From: Marsupella aquatica
Lineage: Eukaryota > Plantae > Marchantiophyta
Assembly (NCBI GenBank): GCA_973895155.1
Contig: OZ316898.1
Coordinates: forward strand, 99,640 to 126,650
Reading direction: 5' to 3'
Length of the DNA stretch: 27,011 nucleotides
The position numbers were made by a program, and so were the translations under genes. The notes beneath the pieces are model-generated. The model had not been told where the DNA came from. It was given only the letters and a program-made list of their open reading frames with translations, and ran no database searches. Shown here piece by piece: positions 1-9,307 of the stretch (its first letter is position 1; each line of letters begins with the position of its first letter).

Positions 1-2
1 AA

Positions 3-2630
3 CCCGAGACCAATTGCACGAGGATATATGGGAGGGATTTCTATCTTACTCCCAAGGTAATTGCCGAAGTGTTTGGCCTGCCGATAGGCAATAAGACCAA
101 AGTTGATACCAGGAAGACCTTGCCTGACAAGGAGTTCCGGTCGTTCCCCGGGCCATCAACGAAGAATGGCTTCTTCCGGAACACCTGCACCAACCCGCAC
201 ATAGGAGAGATGATCGACTTCTTGCGGGTGACCATGCATTGTAACTTGCCGAGGGCAGAGATCGGCAAGGCACAGGTCTATCTGGCAGAAAGGCCAGACC
301 CAAGCCGGGACTACAACGGGTACCTCCTCAACCAATTGAAGAAGATCTTAAAGGAGGAGCAGCAGGTAATCGGCATGGGGAGCGTGTCGCGGCTTGGCTA
401 TCACATGCCGCTGTTGTGCCGGTATGCCAGAGGTCAGACTTTTGCCCCGGTACTTCCCCTGCAGGTAAGGGCACCCGAGGAAGCTCCAACGCCGAGGCCG
501 TTGGCTGAGAAGCCTCAACCACCTGTTAGTCCTACGATCGAGCAGGTGTTTAGGCCCAGGAAGGAGGACTTGCCGATGCAGCAACCAGGCATGCAGAGTC
601 TGCTGAAACTACTGGAGAAAGAAAAGAAATCGGCATCGGCAACAACAACGGCAACGGCAACAATGCAGGACACTACTACAGAGGTAGGCCTACACCGGCT
701 CACAAGAGAAAACCCCTTTGCTGGAGACAAGGAGAGAATCAGGCCGGAATCCAAGCCAGGTGTTCGAATGTACGTGGGAACCTCAAGCTCCGAATCTGAG
801 GCAGAATTGCCTGAAGCTCCTACCGACGAAGAGGACAGGGAGAAGCCGGACGTCCAAGAGGTAGAGGAGGCAGTGGAGGACTGCAGCCATGATAATTCCG
901 GCTATGGGTCGGACCATCACGTTCCAGGAGTAAGGACCTGTGGCCGGTTTGTCCCCACACTTCCAAGGGTAGTGCGAGGGGACCCCAACCAGCAGAGTAG
1001 CCCTGAGTCTCCCCCACCAGATGTTGCTCCCCCGAGCTTCGACGGCATAAAACAGACGGTGCAGGAATTTCAGGAGCGAATCAAGCAGGAGGAGGAGGCC
1101 GCCCTGGCTAAGGAAAAGGATTTACCAGGAGGAGATTGGCCGGAGGACATCAGGCGGCTAGCCGAAAAAGGAAGCAAACCTCTAGCCATGATTGAAGAGA
1201 TCCGCAGGACGGCTTGGGAGCAGAGGCCACGATGGGCGATGCCGATCACTTCTACTTACTCCACCTACGCTAAGAATAGAGCCATGGAGTATGGTGAGAT
1301 GTGTGGGGAACTTGCGCTCGGCATCTTTGGAGAGGAGTTGGAGGTAGGACCCTTTTTCCATAGGGAGCAGTTGGAGAAGCACCAATTAGAAGAAGCGGTG
1401 GCTTTAGAGAGAAGCAAGAAGGACGAGGTCATTCGGCGGCTTAGGAGGATGGAAGTCGAGATTGAAGATCTAAGGGCGGCCAAGAAAGCCCAAGATGAAC
1501 TGCGGATTAAACGACATGAGCTGAACATCATGCAGGGGCAGTTGGACACCGCGCAGGCTGATAATCAGAATATCAAGGATAAACTGACTCAGACGCAGGA
1601 AGAGTTGGCCGACACGATCAAAGAGAGGGAGAAGTGGAAGCAAGAGCTGAAGAATACAGAGGAGGCCCACATAACAGCCAACAGCCGGGCCATGGCGGAG
1701 ACCCAAAGAAAGGAATGGGCGTTGAAAGGGGAGCTCGAGAAAATCCGCGGAGCCCTTGAGCAGAAGGAGGTCGAGTTAGGGAAATCCTATCAAGGGATTA
1801 TGGCGCTGCAGCAGGAGCTTGCGTCCCTGACGGCCAGCTTCAAGGCCGACCTAAGGGAGAAGGACGAGATGCTCGAACAGACTTACGCCAAGATGAACCA
1901 GATGGAGTCTGTCATCATTGCAGAGCTCGACAAGGAGCTAAGAGCAACCCAGGAGGAGAGGGCTACCTTGAAGAAGGAATTGGAGGAAGCCCACAGGGAG
2001 CAGGAGGAGGCCAAAAACGAGCTGGAGGGGGCACGTAAGGACCTGGATGAAACCCAAGAGGAGTTGGAGGAAATCACGAGGAAGATGGAGAACCTACAGC
2101 GGCGGGCCGAAAACCAAACAAAGCGGCTGAAGAAACAAGCCGCAGTATTTAAATGCTTAGCTGCAGCAGGTCCATCTCCTGTTGGGACAAACCAGTTACC
2201 AGGGGTGGTAATTGCCGAAGGACAAGCCGCACCACCTGCACCAGTGCCGGAAGTAAGTGGGAAGGGGAAGGGACCAGCTCCCGAGCCACCAACGAAGAAG
2301 AAGCGGAAACCTTCAGGGTCAAGGAGTAATACGACTTCACAGGCCGTGGTGATCAAGGAGGTAGACCCAGCACCGACCCCAGACAGGGTCACGGCTAGGG
2401 ATCCAACTACCCTAGGGGAAGGGGAGGCCGAAGCCGAGGGAGTGGCTGAGGCCGAAGCCGTGGGTATTGCCGAGGCCGGTGTCGAGGCTGAAGCCGAAGG
2501 TGGACCCAGTCAGGCCGATGGAGAGTTGACTCAGTCAAGGGCAGGTAATCTATCAGAGAATGAACCTACGGCAGTGGCTGAGGAGGAAGCGTTGGGGGCG
2601 TCCATTAAGGATCCACCACCGGTGTCGTGA
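3..2630 (+). CDS. LTR-encoded accessory protein ORF-A (N-terminus outside window): conserved PMD-like domain, acidic/Pro-rich linker, long coiled coil, KKKRK motif
   Basis: Frame is open from nt 3 to the TGA at 2628-2630. Colinear with the 1211-aa ORF at 23059-26694. Confidence 0.88.
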   Translation, partial: PETNCTRIYGRDFYLTPKVIAEVFGLPIGNKTKVDTRKTLPDKEFRSFPGPSTKNGFFRNTCTNPHIGEMIDFLRVTMHCNLPRAEIGKAQVYLAERPDPSRDYNGYLLNQLKKILKEEQQVIGMGSVSRLGYHMPLLCRYARGQTFAPVLPLQVRAPEEAPTPRPLAEKPQPPVSPTIEQVFRPRKEDLPMQQPGMQSLLKLLEKEKKSASATTTATATMQDTTTEVGLHRLTRENPFAGDKERIRPESKPGVRMYVGTSSSESEAELPEAPTDEEDREKPDVQEVEEAVEDCSHDNSGYGSDHHVPGVRTCGRFVPTLPRVVRGDPNQQSSPESPPPDVAPPSFDGIKQTVQEFQERIKQEEEAALAKEKDLPGGDWPEDIRRLAEKGSKPLAMIEEIRRTAWEQRPRWAMPITSTYSTYAKNRAMEYGEMCGELALGIFGEELEVGPFFHREQLEKHQLEEAVALERSKKDEVIRRLRRMEVEIEDLRAAKKAQDELRIKRHELNIMQGQLDTAQADNQNIKDKLTQTQEELADTIKEREKWKQELKNTEEAHITANSRAMAETQRKEWALKGELEKIRGALEQKEVELGKSYQGIMALQQELASLTASFKADLREKDEMLEQTYAKMNQMESVIIAELDKELRATQEERATLKKELEEAHREQEEAKNELEGARKDLDETQEELEEITRKMENLQRRAENQTKRLKKQAAVFKCLAAAGPSPVGTNQLPGVVIAEGQAAPPAPVPEVSGKGKGPAPEPPTKKKRKPSGSRSNTTSQAVVIKEVDPAPTPDRVTARDPTTLGEGEAEAEGVAEAEAVGIAEAGVEAEAEGGPSQADGELTQSRAGNLSENEPTAVAEEEALGASIKDPPPVS
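1932..2078 (+). repeat. Degenerate 21-bp tandem repeat encoding coiled-coil heptads (KELEEAH/REQEEAK/NELEGAR/KDLDETQ/EELEEIT)
   Basis: Units such as aaggaattggaggaagcccac, agggagcaggaggaggccaaa, aacgagctggagggggcacgt, aaggacctggatgaaacccaa in 21-nt register. Confidence 0.75.
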
Positions 2631-3541
2631 CGGTGCAAGGGCGCCGTTCCTTTTAGGGAGGGCGGACGTGGAGGGAGGAGGCGTGAGTGGGCAGGGCGGG
2701 CGCGGATCTCCACGTTTAGGATTAGGATCAGAACCAGGAGCGGCCCTGACACTTAGCTTAGTGGGATTACGGTCCCACTGGTAGGAGCAACACTTGTGCT
2801 CCTGCCTTGCTGTACATAGGTAGATTCGGGCAAGTAGATTACTGTTAAGTAGATTAGGCTTACGATGCAAAGAATGGCGGATCCACTACCAGGATAAGTA
2901 CCTGGGCAGCGGGGAGCTCAGGGCCTCTTCTTTAGCAAGTTTTTAGTTTGCACCAGCCGGGCTGGGATCAAGTAGTACGAGAAGCTCTCGGTTAGTCATA
3001 CAGTGACCCTTGTGTATATTCATGTTTCCTCATGCCTAAGAGCTGAATAGAGTTGGCCTCACGGCTTAGTTCGCAGAACTTGTGTATGAGATGTACTGTT
3101 TGTATGGCAAGTGCATGGTATGACTCAGTCAGAATGAGTCATTTTGCTATTTGTGTGTCGCATTAACTTGTGTGAAGAGTGCCCACATCAACAGAAGGAA
3201 GGAAAGTAAGCAGGGGAGTGAGAGTTGGATGTGTCGAGCTGAGAGAGGTCTTAGCGGCTTAACCAAGCCTATTGGGGATCATTCCGGCGGCGGAATCCAA
3301 ACATACCTAACAAGACGGAGGGGAAGACAGGGGAAGGCCTATATTAGGCCGGCTACGTATCTCATGACCCGATGAAGGATCTGTCCAGTATATGTGTGTA
3401 AAATGTTAATAGTAGTAGTAGAAGGTTAGCAGCGTCCCATGCCGCTAAGCCGCGGAAACGGCCTCGCCAAGCACGAAACCTGCGGGAATCGGCTTGAGCT
3501 GGGGGGTTTCTTGGGTTTAGGGAGCCATGGGACGCACCACA

Positions 3542-4751
3542 AAGGTATTAATGGAAAGTTACGACACTGCTTAGAGTATAAGGAGACACTTATCGTGATG
3601 CGGGCCCTGCATGAAGAAGAAGCTGGAGGCCATTTCGCGGCAGTTACGACAGCCCGAAAGATTCTGGACTCGGGGTATTGGTGGCCTACGTTGCATCGGG
3701 ATGTACAGCGCTTCATTAAGGGCTATGACTTGTGTCAGCGAGCGGGGGCCCCGAGGCGGGCTCATCATCACCCATTCACATCTGTGCTTCCATTGGCACC
3801 ATTCGAAAAATGGGGAATTGATTATATCGGGCCGTTCACTCCCGTTACCCGAAGGCGAAGGTGCAGGTACATCCTATTAGCTATTGATTACTCCACCAAA
3901 TGGGTCGAAGCGCGGGCTACGGTAAAGGACGACGCCGCCACCAGTGCCAGATTCTTATACGAACAGATTTTCACCTGATTCGGCCCGCCCTTAGAATTGG
4001 TAAGCGACCGTGGAACCCACTTCCTCAATGACACCGTAGCCCAGCTTACGGAGCGTTACCTAGTCAAGCACCGCAAAACTATCCCGTATCATCCTAAAGC
4101 CAACGGGATGGCGGAGAGAGCAAATGGTATCATTGGGAAGATCCTCAACAAAACTGTAGCTGCGCACAAAATGGATTGGGATGATAAGTTGTACGCAGCG
4201 GTGTACTCGTATAATCTAGCTTACAAAACTACTACGAGTCACAGCCCGTACTTGTGTTCGGCCAACATTCGTTGGTGCCCGTCGAATTTGAAGTACACAC
4301 TCCACGGGTCAGCATTCGGGATCGCTTACCTGAATCTGAAAGTCTGTCAGACCGAGCTTATCAGATTGAAGCCTTGGAAGAAGCATGGCAACTGGCAGCT
4401 CGACACACCGTGAAGAAACAGGCAACTTCAAAGAAGCAACACGACAAAGGACTACAGAGGGTCGACGTCATGGCAGGCGATCTAGTCCTTCTGTATGATA
4501 GTAGATACATGCAGTTTCTAGGGAAGCTGCATACCCGGTGGTTAGGGCCCTTCCTTGTCAATCAGATCTACCGTAACGGATCTTTAGAGCTTGCAACGTA
4601 TGCCAGCGATTTACTCCCCACGCGAATCAGCTACGATCGTGTAAAAAAGTACCACCATCAAGATGACGACGCCGAGAGCGATGTTCGTGAGGACGCTTCA
4701 CAATTAAGCAGGGAGCTATGTGACGCCGCCGGTACGGCGGTTAATGAGTGA
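3542..4751 (+). pseudogene. pol: Retrotransposon integrase (C-terminal part of pol), disrupted
   Basis: Zn-binding region LHEEEAGGHF...GYWWPTL...(C>Y)DLC. Catalytic WGIDYIGPF, VSDRGTHF and NGMAERAN (D,D,E). GKLHTRWLGPF (GPY/F motif). Stop at 3976-3978 (TRFG with CGA>TGA) and a frameshift near 4250. No chromodomain. Confidence 0.95.
4706..4718 (+). other. Polypurine tract plus short spacer (AAGCAGGGAGCTA) before LTR-B
   Basis: Purine-rich tract directly 5' of TGTGACGCC, after the integrase end. Resembles the GGGGGCTA-type PPT seen in Tat-like elements. Confidence 0.65.
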
Positions 4752-5076
4752 TTCAGTCTAACTACGCTCGGCACGCGCGTTAGGTGGGTCTTAGGCCGCT
4801 ATTATTAGCATAACGACAGTATTTAGGTAATCATTAGGGGTAGGACATCATTAGGCAATAAGGGGGACTTCAGGTTCGGACTGGCGGCGGGTCGCTATTC
4901 GCACCCCCGGGTTACGAGCGTGGAAGGGCCCCTCCCGCGGGTCCGTATAACGAACTTAAGGAAGCGGCCACTGATGCACGCTGACTCAGACCGGCGGAGT
5001 GGCCTGTACACCACAAGCGTGAGCGGTTCAGCCTATGGGCATCGAGGAGACGTCGGGGATCGACAAGCCCTCAAAG

Positions 5077-5084
5077 TATAAAAG
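5077..5084 (+). promoter_or_regulatory. TATA box (TATAAAAG) upstream of LTR-encoded ORF-B
   Basis: Canonical TATAAAAG ~100 nt before ATG 5185, followed by a CT-rich stretch. Conserved in copy 2 (21901-21908). Confidence 0.65.
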
Positions 5085-5184
5085 GGGAGCCAACCCTTTG
5101 TAGTGCACCAGTCCATCAGTCCACGCGCCAGCTTCGACCCCAGCTCTCTCGTTCTCTCTAGGTCGCCACTACTATCTCCTCTAA

Positions 5185-7838
5185 ATGTCGCACACGATCC
5201 TCTCCAGCTCGGCCATTCGATTCTGGACGCAGTTCCTATCTACCGGAAGGCACTTGGCCGATTCATTGAAACACGCCAACCCGCGCCGATACAAAATCGA
5301 ACACGAATACGAGAGAGCCATCCGCCTAGCAGGACGACACCACTACGTCCTTAACTTTGACTACCCGTCTCAGAGCGAGCTTTACCGACCAGCCGAGGTA
5401 TCTGGGTACTTCTTCAACGAAGACAAATATATCGGTTTCTGGGAAGCATTGCTTCGGCTTCCGGACGAGGTCTTCAATATCCCGGGTACAATCAACCTGC
5501 AACGACATCACTTCGACCACATCCCTGCCCGGGTTCGGGCTGTCATTAACGGCGAGTCCAGTACCAACCGTTCGACAAGGGCGTCCGCACTCGCTTCGGA
5601 GAACTTCTACCAGCACCTGCAGAGCTTCATGGGAACTCGGCCATCAACCAACATGACCAACTCAGCCATGCCCGTACCCGTACCCGTGCCCATGCAACCC
5701 CAGCCTCAACCTCAAGCTCAGCTTCCGCTTCAGCCTCAGCCGCAGCCTAGCCAAACCCCACCACCTATCACCCAGCCAGCACAGGTACGCTCCGTCATCA
5801 ACGCTGTGGATCTTAGCAATGACGATGAGGCTACCCCACCCTTGACCAGGCGGCCCAGAGGAACAAGCGCTCGGGGGGCCGACACTATATCGTCCCCACC
5901 CCCTGCTCTGACCCAGGAGCGGCCCCAGCAGACAACATGGTGACCGTGGCCGCCCCGGGCCCATTACCAACGGCAGTGGCACTACCCAGGCCCGATCAGG
6001 AGGATGGGGAAGTATCACCTTCCCCGAGCCAGTCACGGGGAAAGAAGAGGAAGGAATCCGCCACTGCATCCGGGTTACCGTTGGCCATGGTAGCCGTAGC
6101 CAAGGTGACGATGCACCGCATGGGGGAAAACGTTCACAGCAACATCCTCCATCCCAAGCATGCGGTGTACCTGAAGACTCAGGGATTTGAGCACCTCACC
6201 TCTCTCCCCTGGAACACTTGCAGGTACTACGGGGAGGACATGACAGAATTCGTCAAGAATTATGACGACGTACGTCAACAGACTCGGCTACGGGGAAGGA
6301 ATATGTCCCTCACAGAAGAACGGCTCAAGATGATCTTTGGGTTACCCGAAGGTGACCATTGAGTGGAATCACGGGCTCCCAGGGGCAAGGGGGCCAAGTA
6401 CCAATCTTCAAGTTTTCCCTCAGAAGGAGCAGTAGACAACGGGTTCGTGATGAGGACCTGCCTCATGCCCGAGATAGCTGAGCGGCTGGAGTTCCAACGG
6501 TACGCTCTCCACATGATGGAACCCCGGGGGGGAGATCTCTGCCGCCCAGGTTATCCAGGTCGAGAACTATCGACCTAGGAAATGGGCGTCGTACTTCGCT
6601 AAGAAATTCCATGAAGAAATGGAGCGGCGAAGGAAGACGCTGTACATTGGCGGGAAGGCGTATTTCGCTAGCCACATCGAAATCATTCTTGAGTGGTACG
6701 CCCGGTTTGATCGACGAACCCTTCCCCGCATCAATGTTACAAAGCTGGTCCCAGCTAGGTGGGTTTTTCCGGCATTGGAGAGACGGCCCCAACCCGAGGC
6801 CTGAAGTCCAGCGGACACGCCAGCTTCACCCACCCCACCTCCACAAATGGCTGTAATCGTAACCGAGGAGGCGCCGGATGGGTCGGTTGTCGCAACCGTT
6901 GATGCGACCCAACTAGCCGGGCTAAGTACAGAAGTTGGTACGGCAGAGGTCTTACCCGAGCCCGGGTCTCCCAAGGACCCACCGGTGGCAATTCCGGAGA
7001 ATCGGACATTGCTGCAGGAGGACACTCCAGCCCCTTCCAACGTTATGTCCCCAGGGTTGGACGTCACTGCCCCGGCCCCCCCGCGTGTTTACGTCTGCCG
7101 TGCCCAAATCCGGACAGGCACAACTTGGACCACCCGGAACTCTTCGTACAGGGTACGTTTCTGAACGGGCTTCTGGGAGATTTCTCTCATCAAATTGCCC
7201 GGGATACCGGGGAGTTCATGGCCCGGAAGGTAGCCTGTTTCTTCAATCAGGAGTTGGTTGCCGCAGTAAAGGCAGGTTGAGCCCAGTCGGAGGCACTTCA
7301 GAGGATAGAGCGGTACCGGGTGGAGTCCGTGTACCTAAAGAATGAAGTGGCGGCTCAAGAGGCTGAGCTTCTGCAACTACGACCCAAGGTTGCAGCCGCC
7401 GATGAGTTGTTAGCAAAGGCGCACGCTCTTACCGCCCTAGCCGAACAGGCCAAAGCTGGGAACGAGGCCGAGATTACACGACTCCAGAACCAGATTGATA
7501 GTTTGAAGAAACAAGCTGTCACCTGGCAGAAAGACCTGGAGGAGGCCGAGGAGCGAGCCCAGCGGGACACGGCGGAGATAGCCACGCTGCAGGCCGAGAT
7601 GGCGCGACTCCAAACCGAGGCCGAGAAGCAGGACCAGCTGGTGGGTAAACTGACGAGCGACGCCCAGCAGCTGGAGGAGGCATGTCAGGAGGCAGCAGAG
7701 GAGACGGACGCGGTGAGGCGAGAGAACGAATCTCTGTTGGACCAGGTCCAGCTCCTCAAAGCGGACAATGACAGGCTTCGAAGGCAGCGGGATGGCCGTT
7801 CCCATTTGGGCGGCTCTGGCAAGCGTGCCAGGCATTAG
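5185..7838 (+). pseudogene. LTR-encoded accessory gene ORF-B, degenerate copy
   Basis: Fragments 5185-5943, 5937-6362, 6363-6578, 6619-6804, 6847-7164 and 7320-7838 tile onto the single frame of copy 2. Several frameshifts and stops. Confidence 0.88.
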
Positions 7839-7944
7839 CGGCGGAGTAGGAATAGATTAGGATTAGGATTGGCTTAGTCAGGCTCTTGGGACAGGCACCT
7901 GCCTTAGGTACAGCAGCGCTGCCCTGCTGTCCAGCCTGCGTAGA

Positions 7945-8048
7945 TTAGGATCTTCTAATAAGACATAGTCGTTTTCCGGCCTGACTGTCAGCTTAGTTAG
8001 GATCTTCTAATAAGACACAGCCGTTTTTCGGCCTGACTGTCAGCTTAG
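7945..8048 (+). repeat. 52-bp tandem duplication in LTR-B copy 1
   Basis: Units start TTAGGATCTTCTAATAAGAC at 7945 and 7997, bounded by TTAGGA. Copy 2 has one unit, which accounts for most of the 51-bp length difference. Confidence 0.9.
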
Positions 8049-8798
8049 TTAGGACCTTAGTCAGCGAATCTTCGGCGAGAGGACACCCCGTCCCTCGGCT
8101 CTTAGTATTTAGTGCACCCCTCGATAGAGGCAGGGGGGTTTTTAGTTTCAGAGTTGGACATCCGCGGGATATGCGTGGAGTCCCGACCTCTGGGAATGAA
8201 AGAGTACGAAGGGAAGGGGGTAGGACTAAGCTCGCCGGGCGAGTGCGGAGCCGGGCTCCGTTGTAGTGTGCACCCTCGGCCTTGAATCTGTTCATTCCAG
8301 GGCTGTCGGGTCAACTAAGTGTACGCATATGTTCCCTTTGTAGTAAAATCCTTTCCCATCATTTTCCTTCGTGTAAATCAAGATTGTATGCATGTGTGCG
8401 CATATGTGTGTGGGTTTCTCGTATATGGGTGGCAGCGCCAGGCCGAACGCACTACCCGAGACGTGCACAGGGTGCAGCCTGCGGGTAAGTGGTTGCGAGC
8501 ACGGGTTGAGGACCTGTATCATCGAATCCGGATCAAAGGCGGACAGCACGAAGGCTTAGAAGCCCTTAAGCCGGGCTCGATCCTGCTATCGACTAAGGTA
8601 CGTTCCGACGGCGGAACACAAACCATACCTAGGAGGTGTCCGTATTTAGCAGTATGCGCACTTAGCGCTAGTTTACGAGAATAAGGTGTATTACGTGCTT
8701 CCCTTCCTGCCCGAACCCTCAGATTTACGAGGGATGTGCCCGTCTAAGCTGAAGTCTGAGTTAAGGCCGAAGCCAACGGCGTGACATAGCCTTTGTTT

Positions 8799-8816
8799 TG
8801 GCGCTAGATGGAGGGG
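8799..8816 (+). other. Primer binding site of family B, likely tRNA-Asn(GUU)
   Basis: TGGCGCTAGATGGAGGGG is complementary (1 mismatch to the angiosperm sequence as I recall it) to the 3' end of plant cytosolic tRNA-Asn (...CCCUCCUUCUAGCGCCA). It lies 12 nt after the LTR end. Confidence 0.82.
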
Positions 8817-8909
8817 GCACTCTACATATCGTAGAGGGGAGACATGTGCGTATTCACCTAGGCAGGATACATCAGGAGGTAGTACTAACCATTGCATTTA
8901 TATGAGTAA

Positions 8910-9307
8910 ATGCCCGTCACTCGTTCTCAAGCAGCTTACTTGAGGAGATTGACCAGCGAACGAGAAAGTGCAACCACAACAAGCTCCGACTCATCGGGCT
9001 CGGAGGACTCGCAATCGCCCCAACGTATGAACATACCCTCGGGACCTTCGGGGTCCGGTTCGACCAGCCCTGTTGCGGTTCCACCACCACCACCACCACC
9101 ACCACCACCTATGGCAGCTGCTCCACCGGTGGCCCGCGCTGCTCAAGCGCCTCCACAAATATCGCAACGATCGCGATTTCATTATCGACCTTTCAAAGAG
9201 CGTCATGGGGATGATCCGGATGAATGGTTGGATGAGTTTGAAGCCACTGCTAAAGCTAATGGGGAAGACGCCATTAAGCTAACCGTCCTCCCGGGAGTGA
9301 TGCGGGG
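8910..9307 (+). pseudogene. gag: gag of family B, 5' part (interrupted by solo LTR-A)
   Basis: MPVTRSQ...poly-Pro...YRPFKERHGDDPDEWLDEFEATAKANGE...GVMRG is homologous to gag-A (YKAFHGRGDEDPDEWLDDFEGTAAANGE). Confidence 0.9.

Larger units (their letters stand above)
1..3541 (+). repeat. LTR of family A, copy 1 (5' part outside window), inserted into the integrase region of a family B element
   Basis: Ends ...GGGACGCACCACA at 3541, the same terminus that precedes the PBS at 15329 and 22425. Near-identical to 22425-25714 on the - strand. Integrase codons resume immediately at 3542. Confidence 0.93.
4719..8786 (+). repeat. LTR of family B, copy 1 (4068 bp)
   Basis: Ends TGTGACGCCG...CGGCGTGACA (9/10 inverted match). 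Preceded by the PPT and followed by the PBS. Colinear with the TSD-flanked copy at 18250-22266. Confidence 0.94.

Noticed and set aside
3120-3142. TGACTCA...TGAGTCA inverted pair (GCN4/AP-1-like, small hairpin)
   Set aside because: It is short, one copy is mutated, and there is no functional evidence.
3336-3350. TATA-like GGCCTATATTAGGCC in the 3' part of LTR-A
   Set aside because: It reads GGCCTAGATTAGGCC in two other copies, so the TATA is not conserved.
3439-3541. N-terminal extension of the 179-aa integrase ORF
   Set aside because: It is LTR-A terminal sequence that happens to be in frame across the insertion junction.
7945-8054. CRISPR-like or satellite array
   Set aside because: There are only two adjacent 52-bp units with no spacers, so it is a simple duplication.
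8883-8906. TACTAAC branch-point-like site just upstream of the gag-B ATG
   Set aside because: The next AG is a poor (GAG) acceptor, and family A has no equivalent. Unsupported without transcripts.
9073-9282. Poly-His protein (and poly-Trp/poly-Val ORFs on the - strand)
   Set aside because: These are alternate readings of the (CCA)n tract that encodes poly-Pro in gag.
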